From positions 2,272,001 through 2,336,000 of the forward strand of contig CAVTTN010000002.1 in the NCBI GenBank assembly GCA_963737655.1: a stretch of 64,000 bases of DNA, written 5' to 3'. The notes beneath the pieces were generated by a model, which was given only the letters and a program-made list of their open reading frames with translations, searched no databases and was not told where the DNA came from. This document shows, piece after piece, positions 1 through 8,064 of the stretch (position 1 is its first letter; each line of letters opens with the position of its first letter). A program made the position numbers and the translations under genes. Source of the DNA: an uncultured Planctomycetota bacterium (GTDB taxonomy: Bacteria > Planctomycetota > Planctomycetia > Isosphaerales > Isosphaeraceae).

Positions 1-1182
1 CGACATGGCCATCCGGTGGTCGTCGTAGGTGGCGATTCGAGCGGGATTCAGCTTCGGCGGCGGGAAGACGATGAGGCCGTCGGGTTGCTCGTCCACCTCG
101 GCGCCGAGCTTCCTCAGCTCGGTGGTGAGGGCGGCGATCCGGTCGGTCTCCTTGTGGCGGATGTGGCCGACGTTGCGGATTCGGGTGATCCCGTCGGCGA
201 ACAGGGCCGTCGTGGCGAGCGTCATGACGGTGTCGCTGATTGCGTTCATGTCCACGTCCACGCCTCGGAGCCGATCCGGGCCGGTCACGGTGGTGGAATC
301 CTTGCCTCTTTCGACCGTGCAGCCCATGAATTCCAGGACGTCGACGAACCCGAGGTCCCCCTGGATGCTCCGGGAGCCGAGCCCCTCGACCGTGACCGTC
401 CCCCCGGTGATCGCCGCCGCCGCGAAGAAGTAGCTGGCGGCCGAGGCGTCGGGTTCGATCGCGAAATCGCGCCTCGAATACGGGGTCGGCTCGACGTTGA
501 ACCGGCGATACCTGTGATTGGCGATCTGAACGCCGAAGGCTTCCATGACGGTCAATGTCATGTCGATGTATGGCTTCGAGACGAGCGTCCCCTCGACCTC
601 GATCGTCGTGCTTTCCTTGGCCAGCGGCAGGGCCATCAGCAGGCCGCTGAGGAACTGGCTGGAGACGTCGCCCCGGACGATCGCGAACCCGCCGTCGAGG
701 TGGTCGGCGCGAACCGTCACCGGCGGGCATCCGGTGCCCAGGTCGCTCCTGGCGTCGGATCCGAGGCCGTTGAGGGCCTGCAGCAGGTCGGCCACGGGGC
801 GTTGCCGCATCCGAGGGGAGCCATCGAGGCGATACGTCCCCCGTCCGATGGCGACCATCGCGGTCAGGAATCGCAGGCTCGTCCCGGAGTTGGCCACGAA
901 CAGGTCGGCCTCTCGGTTGGGGAACTTCCCGCCCCGACCCTCGACGCGGATCGCCGCCGAACCGGGGTCGTGGGCCACCTCCAGGCCGAGTTTGCCGAGG
1001 GAATCGACCATCACGCGGGTGTCGTCGCTGTCCAGGGCCCCCGAGAGGCTGCTCGGGCCATTGGCCATCGCGGCCAGGACCAGGGCGCGATTGGTGATCG
1101 ACTTCGATCCCGGAGGCCGGACCCGGGCCGTCGGCGGATTGGTCAAGGGGCGGATTTCGAGCTCGGGCGGATAGTCGGGCAT
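1..1182 (-). CDS. aroA: 3-phosphoshikimate 1-carboxyvinyltransferase (EPSP synthase), 3' end runs off the window
   Basis: Manual minus-strand translation from ATG 1182: MPDYPPELEIRPL...PPGSKSITNRAL...SSQF...ETDR...TYDDHRMAMS. Absent from the ORF track because there is no stop in the window; alternative ATG at 1188. Confidence 0.95.
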   Translation of the reverse strand, partial: MPDYPPELEIRPLTNPPTARVRPPGSKSITNRALVLAAMANGPSSLSGALDSDDTRVMVDSLGKLGLEVAHDPGSAAIRVEGRGGKFPNREADLFVANSGTSLRFLTAMVAIGRGTYRLDGSPRMRQRPVADLLQALNGLGSDARSDLGTGCPPVTVRADHLDGGFAIVRGDVSSQFLSGLLMALPLAKESTTIEVEGTLVSKPYIDMTLTVMEAFGVQIANHRYRRFNVEPTPYSRRDFAIEPDASAASYFFAAAAITGGTVTVEGLGSRSIQGDLGFVDVLEFMGCTVERGKDSTTVTGPDRLRGVDVDMNAISDTVMTLATTALFADGITRIRNVGHIRHKETDRIAALTTELRKLGAEVDEQPDGLIVFPPPKLNPARIATYDDHRMAMS

Positions 1183-1203
1183 GGGCATCCCGTGATCGCG
1201 GGT

Positions 1204-1488
1204 TCAGGAAAGGGTCGAGAGGACGTCCTCGGGCGTCATCCCCTCGATCAGGAATCGCTTGTCTCGCGACGTTTCCCCCGACAATAGCGAGATTTGCGAC
1301 CGCTTGCACCCCAGGGCGCCAGCCAGGACCCCGACGATCGCCTCGTTCGCCTTGCCCCGCTCCGGGGCGGCCGTCACGGCGACCCGCAAGGCCCCGTTCC
1401 GCTCCCCCAGGACGCCCGACTGCCTGGCTCCGGGCTGGGCCTTGACCGTCAGGACACAACCCCGGTCGTGGCCGGTGATTGCGATCAC
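1204..1488 (-). CDS. yggU: DUF167/YggU family protein
   Basis: C-terminal part of ORF 1204..1989: LTVKAQPGAR...LRVAVTAAPERGKANEA...LLSGETSRDK. GTG at 1488 overlaps the yggS stop (GTGA). Confidence 0.88.
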   Translation of the reverse strand: MIAITGHDRGCVLTVKAQPGARQSGVLGERNGALRVAVTAAPERGKANEAIVGVLAGALGCKRSQISLLSGETSRDKRFLIEGMTPEDVLSTLS

Positions 1489-2195
1489 GGGGAGACCCCC
1501 TGGAACAGCGCCGAGCCGATGCGGACGAGCGTCGCGCCCTCCTCGATGGCCGCCTCGAAGTCGCCGGACATCCCCATCGAGAGCTCGGGCAAGGCCAGCC
1601 CCGTGGCCTCGCGGAGCCGATCGCGGACCGACCGGAGCAGGGCGAACGTCGGCCGGGCCTCCTCGTCGGTCGTCCCGTAGCCGGCCATCGTCATCAGGCC
1701 GAGGATCGGGATCGACCGGCAGGAGGCGAGGAGGTCCGAGTCGGCCAGGACTGATTCGGCCGACCAGCCGTGCTTGGACGCCTCGCCCGAGGCGTTGATC
1801 TGGATCAGGACGCCGGGAGGGTCGGGCGTCTCCGCCGCGCAGGCATCCAGGGATTTCAGGAGCTTCGGGGAATCGACCCCATGGATCAGGCGGACGAGTG
1901 GGAACGTCCGCCGGAGCTTGTTCCCCTGCAAATGGCCGATCAGGTGCCACCGGGCGGGGCGATCGGCGAGGGCCTCGACTTTTTCCCACAACTCCTGGGG
2001 ATAATTCTCCCCGAGATCTTCGGCGCCGAGATCAATGAGGGATCGGATCAGTTCGGGAGGGTTCCGTTTCGTGACCGCGACCAGGGTGATTTCGCCGGGG
2101 AGACGGCCGGAGCGGAGGGCGGCGTCGGCCATCCGGGCGCGGACGACGTCCAGGTTGGCCTTGAGGCGGTCGGCGAGGGCGGTTTCGGTCGGCAT
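1485..2195 (-). CDS. yggS: YggS family PLP homeostasis protein
   Basis: LVAVTK, GENYPQE, WHLIGHLQGNK, GLMTM and LSMGMSGDFEAAIEEGATLVRIGSALF motifs. Confidence 0.95.
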   Translation of the reverse strand: MPTETALADRLKANLDVVRARMADAALRSGRLPGEITLVAVTKRNPPELIRSLIDLGAEDLGENYPQELWEKVEALADRPARWHLIGHLQGNKLRRTFPLVRLIHGVDSPKLLKSLDACAAETPDPPGVLIQINASGEASKHGWSAESVLADSDLLASCRSIPILGLMTMAGYGTTDEEARPTFALLRSVRDRLREATGLALPELSMGMSGDFEAAIEEGATLVRIGSALFQGVSP

Positions 2196-2286
2196 GGGTC
2201 GATTCGTGCGATGGAGAAGGCAACGAGAAGGCCCGGTCGAGCGTTCGGACCGGGCATCGCTCGCCGGGCGAGGCCGACCGGCTGGG

Positions 2287-2505
2287 CTATTGCGGCTTCG
2301 CGGTGTCGGATTTCGAGGCCGGAGGGGGCGTGGGCGGAGCGATCGCGCCCTGGGCCTTCCGCTCGCCGATGGCCTGGGCCTCCTCGTCCTCGTTGACGAC
2401 CCGGGGGGCCGAGACGCCCGGGGGCGTCATGGGGACGATCTCCGGCGGCCCGCAACCCCAGAGGGTCAGGCCCGCCGCGAACAAGACACCGGTTCGGAAT
2501 CGCAT
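2287..2505 (-). CDS. small predicted lipoprotein (72 aa)
   Basis: Signal peptide with lipobox LWG|C followed by a Pro-rich segment; GC3-rich codons. Confidence 0.7.
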   Translation of the reverse strand: MRFRTGVLFAAGLTLWGCGPPEIVPMTPPGVSAPRVVNEDEEAQAIGERKAQGAIAPPTPPPASKSDTAKPQ

Positions 2506-2693
2506 GATCGCCTCGGCACGATGGATGAAGACGGAATCCGGACGCCCTCATTATGCGAAATCGAAGACGCCGACGGCGAGAGCACTTCCCGGAGGGTGCG
2601 CGAAGCCCGCTGGCGACTTCCGTCGGGCGAGCGGGACCACCCCTGTGTTGGTGAACTTTCGTGTGTTGCCGGAAAAAGTTCATGGCAACAAAC

Positions 2694-3383
2694 CTACATG
2701 AGCGTGAGAAGCGTGATGGCGATGTTTCCGCCGAAGCAGACGTCCACGTCGGACCCCGGGCGGCGGGCCCGGCCCTGATAGTCTCCGGAATAGTGGGCCT
2801 GGTTGCCTTCGAGTTTGTATTTCAAGGGCAGGGGGGAGGGGTCCAGCGGGCAATCGACGATCCGCGGCTCCGGGCCGCCCGGCTCGGGATGGGGGAGGTT
2901 GACGTTCCAGAACGTCCCGGGGGTCCAGGGGCGATCCAGGAGGAGCTTCAGGACGTTCGCGGCCCGGATCGCCGCCATGCCCCAGTCGATCGGCCGGCCT
3001 CGGGCGATGTAGTGCGAGATGGCGATCCCCGGGACGCCGTGGAGGACCGCCTCGCGGACCGCGGCGACCGTCCCGGAGTGGAAGACATCGGCCCCGAGGT
3101 TCCCACCCGCGTTGATCCCCGAGAGTACCCAGTCCGCCCGCTCGACCAGATGATGCAGGGCCAGGCGGACGCAATCGGCGGGCGTCCCCTCGACGGCGAA
3201 GCCCCCCGAGGGCAGGGTCCGGGAAGCGAACGGGCGCCCCGTGGTCACCGCGTGGCCGCAGCCGGATTGCGGCCCGCTCGGCGCCACGATCGTGGCCTCG
3301 CCCAGGCCGCTCGTTGCCGATTCCAGGGCGGCGAGGCCAGGAGCGTCGAAACCGTCGTCGTTGGTGAGGATCAGGCGTCTCAT
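2694..3383 (-). CDS. surE: 5'/3'-nucleotidase SurE
   Basis: LILTNDDG, APSGPQSGCGH, GTPADCV, SGINAGGNLG, SGTVAA and NVNLP motifs; start moved to ATG 3383. Confidence 0.93.
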   Translation of the reverse strand: MRRLILTNDDGFDAPGLAALESATSGLGEATIVAPSGPQSGCGHAVTTGRPFASRTLPSGGFAVEGTPADCVRLALHHLVERADWVLSGINAGGNLGADVFHSGTVAAVREAVLHGVPGIAISHYIARGRPIDWGMAAIRAANVLKLLLDRPWTPGTFWNVNLPHPEPGGPEPRIVDCPLDPSPLPLKYKLEGNQAHYSGDYQGRARRPGSDVDVCFGGNIAITLLTLM

Positions 3384-3468
3384 GCGGCCTCGGGGCAAGG
3401 GATTTGGGCCGAACCGCAATCTCGGCTCCGTTCCATCTTAGGCGGCCTGCCGCGGCCCGTCCCGAGGG

Positions 3469-3497
3469 TTGACAACCCACCCCGGGGCCGTTACACT
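3469..3497 (+). promoter_or_regulatory. sigma70-type promoter of tRNA-Ala
   Basis: TTGACA (3469-3474), 17 bp spacer, TACACT (3492-3497), 14 bp upstream of the tRNA. Confidence 0.8.
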
Positions 3498-3510
3498 TCC
3501 ATTCACCAGA

Positions 3511-3586
<76 letters not shown>

Positions 3587-3747
3587 CGCGTCGGGCGGTT
3601 GTTCTTGACCGCCTCATGAGTCGACGAATTGAATTCTTGATCGTTCGCCTTTCTTCGATCGTCCCGATCACTTCCGTCCGCCCTCTCCATTCGGCCCGAT
3701 CATCGGCCCGGGCGGCTGTCCGTCACCTCTCGGGGACCGACCATCCC

Positions 3748-4045
3748 ATGGCGGAGAAATCGGCCGATTCGCCGGTGAGGATCATCGGCAGCCGGGAGCT
3801 TCACCAGAACTTGCCCGGCATCCTCCGCGAGCTGGAGAGGCCGGACGTCCGTTACGTGCTCACGGTGCACGGCAAGCCTCGCGCCGTCCTGATCGGCGCC
3901 GAGCCGTTCCTGGACCTGATCCATCAGCATAACAGCCCGAGTGAGGCCCTGGTGGGTTTGCAGCTCGAGCGCCCTGCTCGGCGGCGAGCTGAAAGCCATG
4001 TCCCTGGACGTCTTAGAGCGAGCCCTGGACCCGAAGCGGCCGTGA
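3748..4045 (+). CDS. Phd/YefM-family antitoxin-like protein (possible frameshift near 3967; uninterrupted frame ends at 4089)
   Basis: IIGSRELHQNLPGILRELE...YVLTVHGKPRAVLI is the Phd/YefM N-terminal pattern. A shifted frame gives a more plausible helical end (SALLGGELKAMSLDVLERALDPKRP*). Confidence 0.7.
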
Positions 4046-4157
4046 GCCGGCGATCGGGAAATGCGGCCTGGGCTTGCCGCCCCTCCTAGAATCCTGGCGA
4101 CGTCGGTTCCCACCTGATTGCGCCCGAAGAGGGGCGCCTCCACCCGAGACCCTCTTG

Positions 4158-4551
4158 ATGTCCGCTCTCCCCGCCCGTTCGGCCCGCGCTCGCCCGCCAC
4201 TGGAATGGCCGCCTCGCCTCGTACCGCCTCCATCAGAACGACGAGCATCGGGAGGCGCTGATCGAGGAGGCCGCCCGCTTCGCCGGCTTCCACCTGGAAG
4301 ACGACCTGGCCGATTCCCCGTACTGGAGCGTGGCCTCGCTGTCCCGGAGGGTGGCCGTCCTGCTGTTCCTGACCGACCGGGGCGCGGTGCTCCGCAAGAA
4401 CTGGCGGGGGCGGATGGTCTACGAGGCGACGCCGGACGCCGAGACCTGGGCCGCCGGCCAGCCTTCGCTCGCGCCCTACATGACGCCCACGCTTGAGTTG
4501 CTCGCCGCCCTCCGCCACGCCCAGGCCCGCAGGCTCGGCTCGGCCGGCTGA
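4158..4551 (+). CDS. hypothetical protein (~130 aa), frameshift near 4185-4190
   Basis: The frame of ORF 4330..4551 stays open and coding-like back to ~4190 (LARHWNGRLASYRLHQNDEHREALIEEAARFAGFHLEDD...). The nearest ATG (4158) is in another frame. Confidence 0.6.
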
Positions 4552-4703
4552 CCGATCGGCCTGAATTCGCCTTCCCCCCTCATCCGGTCCTCGGTCCTCC
4601 CGCTTGAGTCGCCTCCCCGGCGGGGTTACGATCCCTCGCGATCGAGCCGCCGGGGCCGGCGGGGGTCCGCGCCCGGCCATCCCCGTTGCGCGAGGCCCTG
4701 TCC

Positions 4704-5375
4704 ATGCGACTCTTCCCGATCCTTGCGGCCGTGATCGCCGCGTCCGCCTCGCCCTCGATGGGCGACGTCGAGCCGGTCCGCCTCTTCAATGGCAAGGACC
4801 TCTCGGGCTGGACCGTGTTCATCCCGCACAAGGACAAATCCGACCCGAAGACCGACCCCAAGGGCGTCTTCCGCGTCGAGGACGGCGTGATCCACGTCTC
4901 GGGCGAGGAGTTCGGCGCCCTGACCACGGCCGACGAATTCGAAAACTATCGTCTGACCGTCGAGTTCCGATGGGGCGAGAGGCGCTACCCGCCCCGGGAG
5001 AACGCCAAGCGCGACTCGGGCATCCTCGTCCACTGCACCGGGCCGGACAAGATCTGGACGAAGTCGATCGAATGCCAGGTCCAGGAAGGGGATTGCGGCG
5101 ATTTCTGGCTGGTCTCGGGGACCACGATCGAGGTCGATGGCAAGCTCGAAAAGAGCTTTCGCCAGAAGACCGACGACGCCGAGAAACCCGTCGGCCAGTG
5201 GAACACGATCGAGGTGATCTGCGATGGGGACACGATCACCAACATCGTCAACGGCAAGATCGTGAACCGGGGGACCCGGGCCAGCGTGACTCGGGGACGA
5301 ATCCTCCTCCAGTCCGAGGGGGCGGAGGTCTTCTTCCGCAAGGTCGAGCTGGTCCCGGTGAAACCCTCGAAATAG
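4704..5375 (+). CDS. DUF1080 / 3-keto-disaccharide hydrolase family, secreted
   Basis: Signal peptide; LFNGKDLSGW, RDSGIL, IECQVQEG, GQWNTIEV and GRILLQSEGAEVFFRKV motifs. Confidence 0.9.
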   Translation: MRLFPILAAVIAASASPSMGDVEPVRLFNGKDLSGWTVFIPHKDKSDPKTDPKGVFRVEDGVIHVSGEEFGALTTADEFENYRLTVEFRWGERRYPPRENAKRDSGILVHCTGPDKIWTKSIECQVQEGDCGDFWLVSGTTIEVDGKLEKSFRQKTDDAEKPVGQWNTIEVICDGDTITNIVNGKIVNRGTRASVTRGRILLQSEGAEVFFRKVELVPVKPSK

Positions 5376-5389
5376 GGCGGAAGGCGTCT

Positions 5390-5417
5390 CGTAGGGTCCG
5401 CTCTCGCGGACCCTACG
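5390..5417. repeat. GTAG-type palindromic repeat (GTAGGGTCCGC family) between convergent genes
   Basis: cgtagggtccgc-tctc-gcggaccctacg perfect hairpin; related copies at 41179-41266 and 62732-62801. Confidence 0.8.
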
Positions 5418-5424
5418 AAGCACG

Positions 5425-7982
5425 TCAGAATGCGTCGAGTGAGATGACTTCCCCGCCGTTGAAGGTGATGAGCGCCTTCAGGACCACGGGGTTGACCGAC
5501 TGCTTGATGAACCGCACCGACCCATCGAGGATCAGGGCGTTGAACCCGCCGGGGCTGTGGCCGCCGAGGGCGTCGAGGATCGTCCTGCGGACGTCCTCGG
5601 GCGTCATGTCCGGATTGAACGGCAGGTCGGAATCGGGTTTGGTCCAGGGGACGGCCTCCTTGGCCTCGACCACGGCGATCGTGTTCGAGGTGCCGTCGGT
5701 GATGTCGGCGATGCCCAGGCCCTTCTTGTTGGCGACCTGGAAGACGGCCCCCTTGCCGTCGAAGCCTCGATAGAAGGTCATCCCAGGCTCGGCCGCGGTG
5801 CCGGGGACGGTGTAGACCGTCGGCATCCGTTCGATCAGGGCCTTGTTGTGGGGGCTGTCCCACGGCTCATCCAGGTGGAACTCGTTGAAGAGGCCCTGCT
5901 GTTCCACGAACGGCAGGATCGCGACCCGCCAGCTGAGCAACGGCTTGCCGTCCTTGTCGCGGATCGGCCCGGGGATCGTGTTGGTGGAGCTCACCGTGTT
6001 GTGGATCGCCAGGCCGATGATCTTGAGATTGTTCACCGACTGCGCCCTCTGGGCGGCCGACCGGGACGCGGCCACGGCCGGGAGGCCCAGGGCGGCGACG
6101 ATGGGCAGGGCGGCGACCGGGTTGATGCTGGGGAACGACTCCCTCGTGACGAACGAAAGCCCCTGGTCATCGACGCTCATCGCGTACCACGACGGGAACA
6201 GGAAGGGCCGGAGGTCGTCGGGGGAGGGGACGAGCTCCGGGTCGATCGTCAGCAAGGGGGCGGCGCCGGGCCGTCCGGCTCGGACGTTGGGCATCCCGAC
6301 GACCCGGGGCATCATCGCGGAGGGTCCTCCGGTCGCGCCGGCCGAGATCATGCTGATGATCCCCGGGAGGTTCGCCAGGACTTCGGGGAGGAGCGATTCG
6401 CGGGTGTCGCTGATGGTCAGGAACGTCATCTTCCCGGGGCTCTGGCCAGGGCCTCGCCCATCGGACCGGCGATCGGGCCCGGAGGGGCGTTCTCCAGGGC
6501 GAGCGCCCTCTTCGCCACGTCGGGCGTGGTGCCGAGGATCAGGTACTTCTTGCCCAGGATCAGGGTCGGCCTCATCCCGGCCGGCAAAGGCAGGATTCCC
6601 ATCGGCATCTGGATCGAATACCCCTTCGTCGCTCCCTTCAGGGGGACGAACCCCACGCCCTTGGGGGCTTCTCCGCCATTCGCCCCGGCCAGGGCCTGGC
6701 CGATTGCCGAATTGGCCTTGACGATCAGGCTGTCGAGAGTCTCGCCGAAGGCTTTCGGGTCGCGGACCTCGACCATGAAGGTCGTCTTGGGCACCTGAAC
6801 GACCCCCTGGGCGAAGCCGATCAACGGGTTGGTCGGCAAGTTGCCCCGGGTCGGGACGGTGAAGGAGATGGCCCTCGGGCCGAGCTGCTGGAGGACGTCC
6901 TCGCGCAACCTCTTTCCGGTCCCCTGGCGGAACATCTGCATCGCCTGATCGAAGCCTTCGCGGGCCTTCGGCTCGGCGGCCGTGGCCAGGGCCAGCGCCT
7001 TGGCGAGGAAGGCGTCGGCGTCGAACGAGAACGCGGTGAACCCCTGGACGCCCGCCGGCATCGGCGGCAGATCTTTGGTCGAGAACGTGGGGCCGTCAAA
7101 CATCGCCATGATTCCTACCCTGGGCGACGGCGCCACCAATCGGGTGACGGTCACGAGGGCCTCGCCCTGGAAGCCCCAGCGGTAGTCCAGCCTCTTGATC
7201 TTGTCCAGGCCGAGCGAAGCGGCCTGGGGAGGCAGTTGCGGCAGGGCGGCCATGTCGAAATAGCCAAGCCCGATCGGCTCGAAGCCGTCGACCCTCCCGG
7301 CCAGCTCGCGACGCCCTGGGTTCTCCAGGGCGTTGGGCCGCCGGCCGTCCAGGGCGTCGATCATGGCGTCGGCCCCTTTGGGCATGACGATGCTGAAGGC
7401 CAGGTCATCCCCCTCGGACCACCACGAGAACCCCGAGCCGCTCGGGTCGGACACCACGATCACCTTGCGGTCGCCCGGCTTGGTCGCCGATTCGGCCTTC
7501 ATCGGCGCGAAGTTGGCCGCGTCGATCAACCGGGCGATCGGCGCGCGGGCCTCCCCCTTCGCGGCGCCTCGGAGGACCAGACCCACGAGGTAAGGCTTCG
7601 CCTCGCCGGCCTTGCGGTTGATCCCGAAGGCGAAGCCGGACCTCATCAGGTGGTCCACCACGGCCGTGATCTCGGCGGTCGTCGGTTTCTTCTCGTCCGG
7701 AGGGACCGAGTCGAGGAGCTTTTCCAGAAGTTCTGTGAGGGTCGCTTCCAGCAAGGCCCCGGTGGATGTCTCGTTCAGCAGGCGATAGGTCGAGCTCTTC
7801 TTCCACGCCTCGGAATGCGCGTCGAGGCCGTCGAACTCGCCGTAGGCCACCAGGTCTTCGGCGGGGAAATAGCGGGCCAGCGGGGCGGACTTCCCCGCCT
7901 TCGGCTCCTGGCCCCGGCTCGGGGCGGCGACGATCAACCCGCCCAGGGCCGCGACCGCGACCAGGCGATGCAGCTTCCTCAT
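5425..7982 (-). CDS. DUF1559 (H-X9-DG) domain protein with a large secreted N-terminal region; split by a -1 frameshift near 6430
   Basis: C-terminal AQRAQSVNNLKIIGLAIHN, LSWRVAIL, ITDGTSNT, HSPGGFNALILDGSVRFI. The N-terminal ORF (ATG 7982) has a signal peptide and runs directly into the second ORF at cccgggg. Two translationally coupled genes cannot be excluded. Confidence 0.8.
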
Positions 7983-8064
7983 GGAGCGCTCCTTATCCGA
8001 GGGGTGCAGCAGGCAGAAGGGGCCGCGTATCCTAACCCGACCGGAATTCGTCCGCAAACACGAA

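Noticed and set aside
2500..2696. Stop-codon readthrough fusing surE to the downstream lipoprotein
   Set aside because: The readthrough frame is not in frame with the lipoprotein ATG at 2505 and does not look coding.
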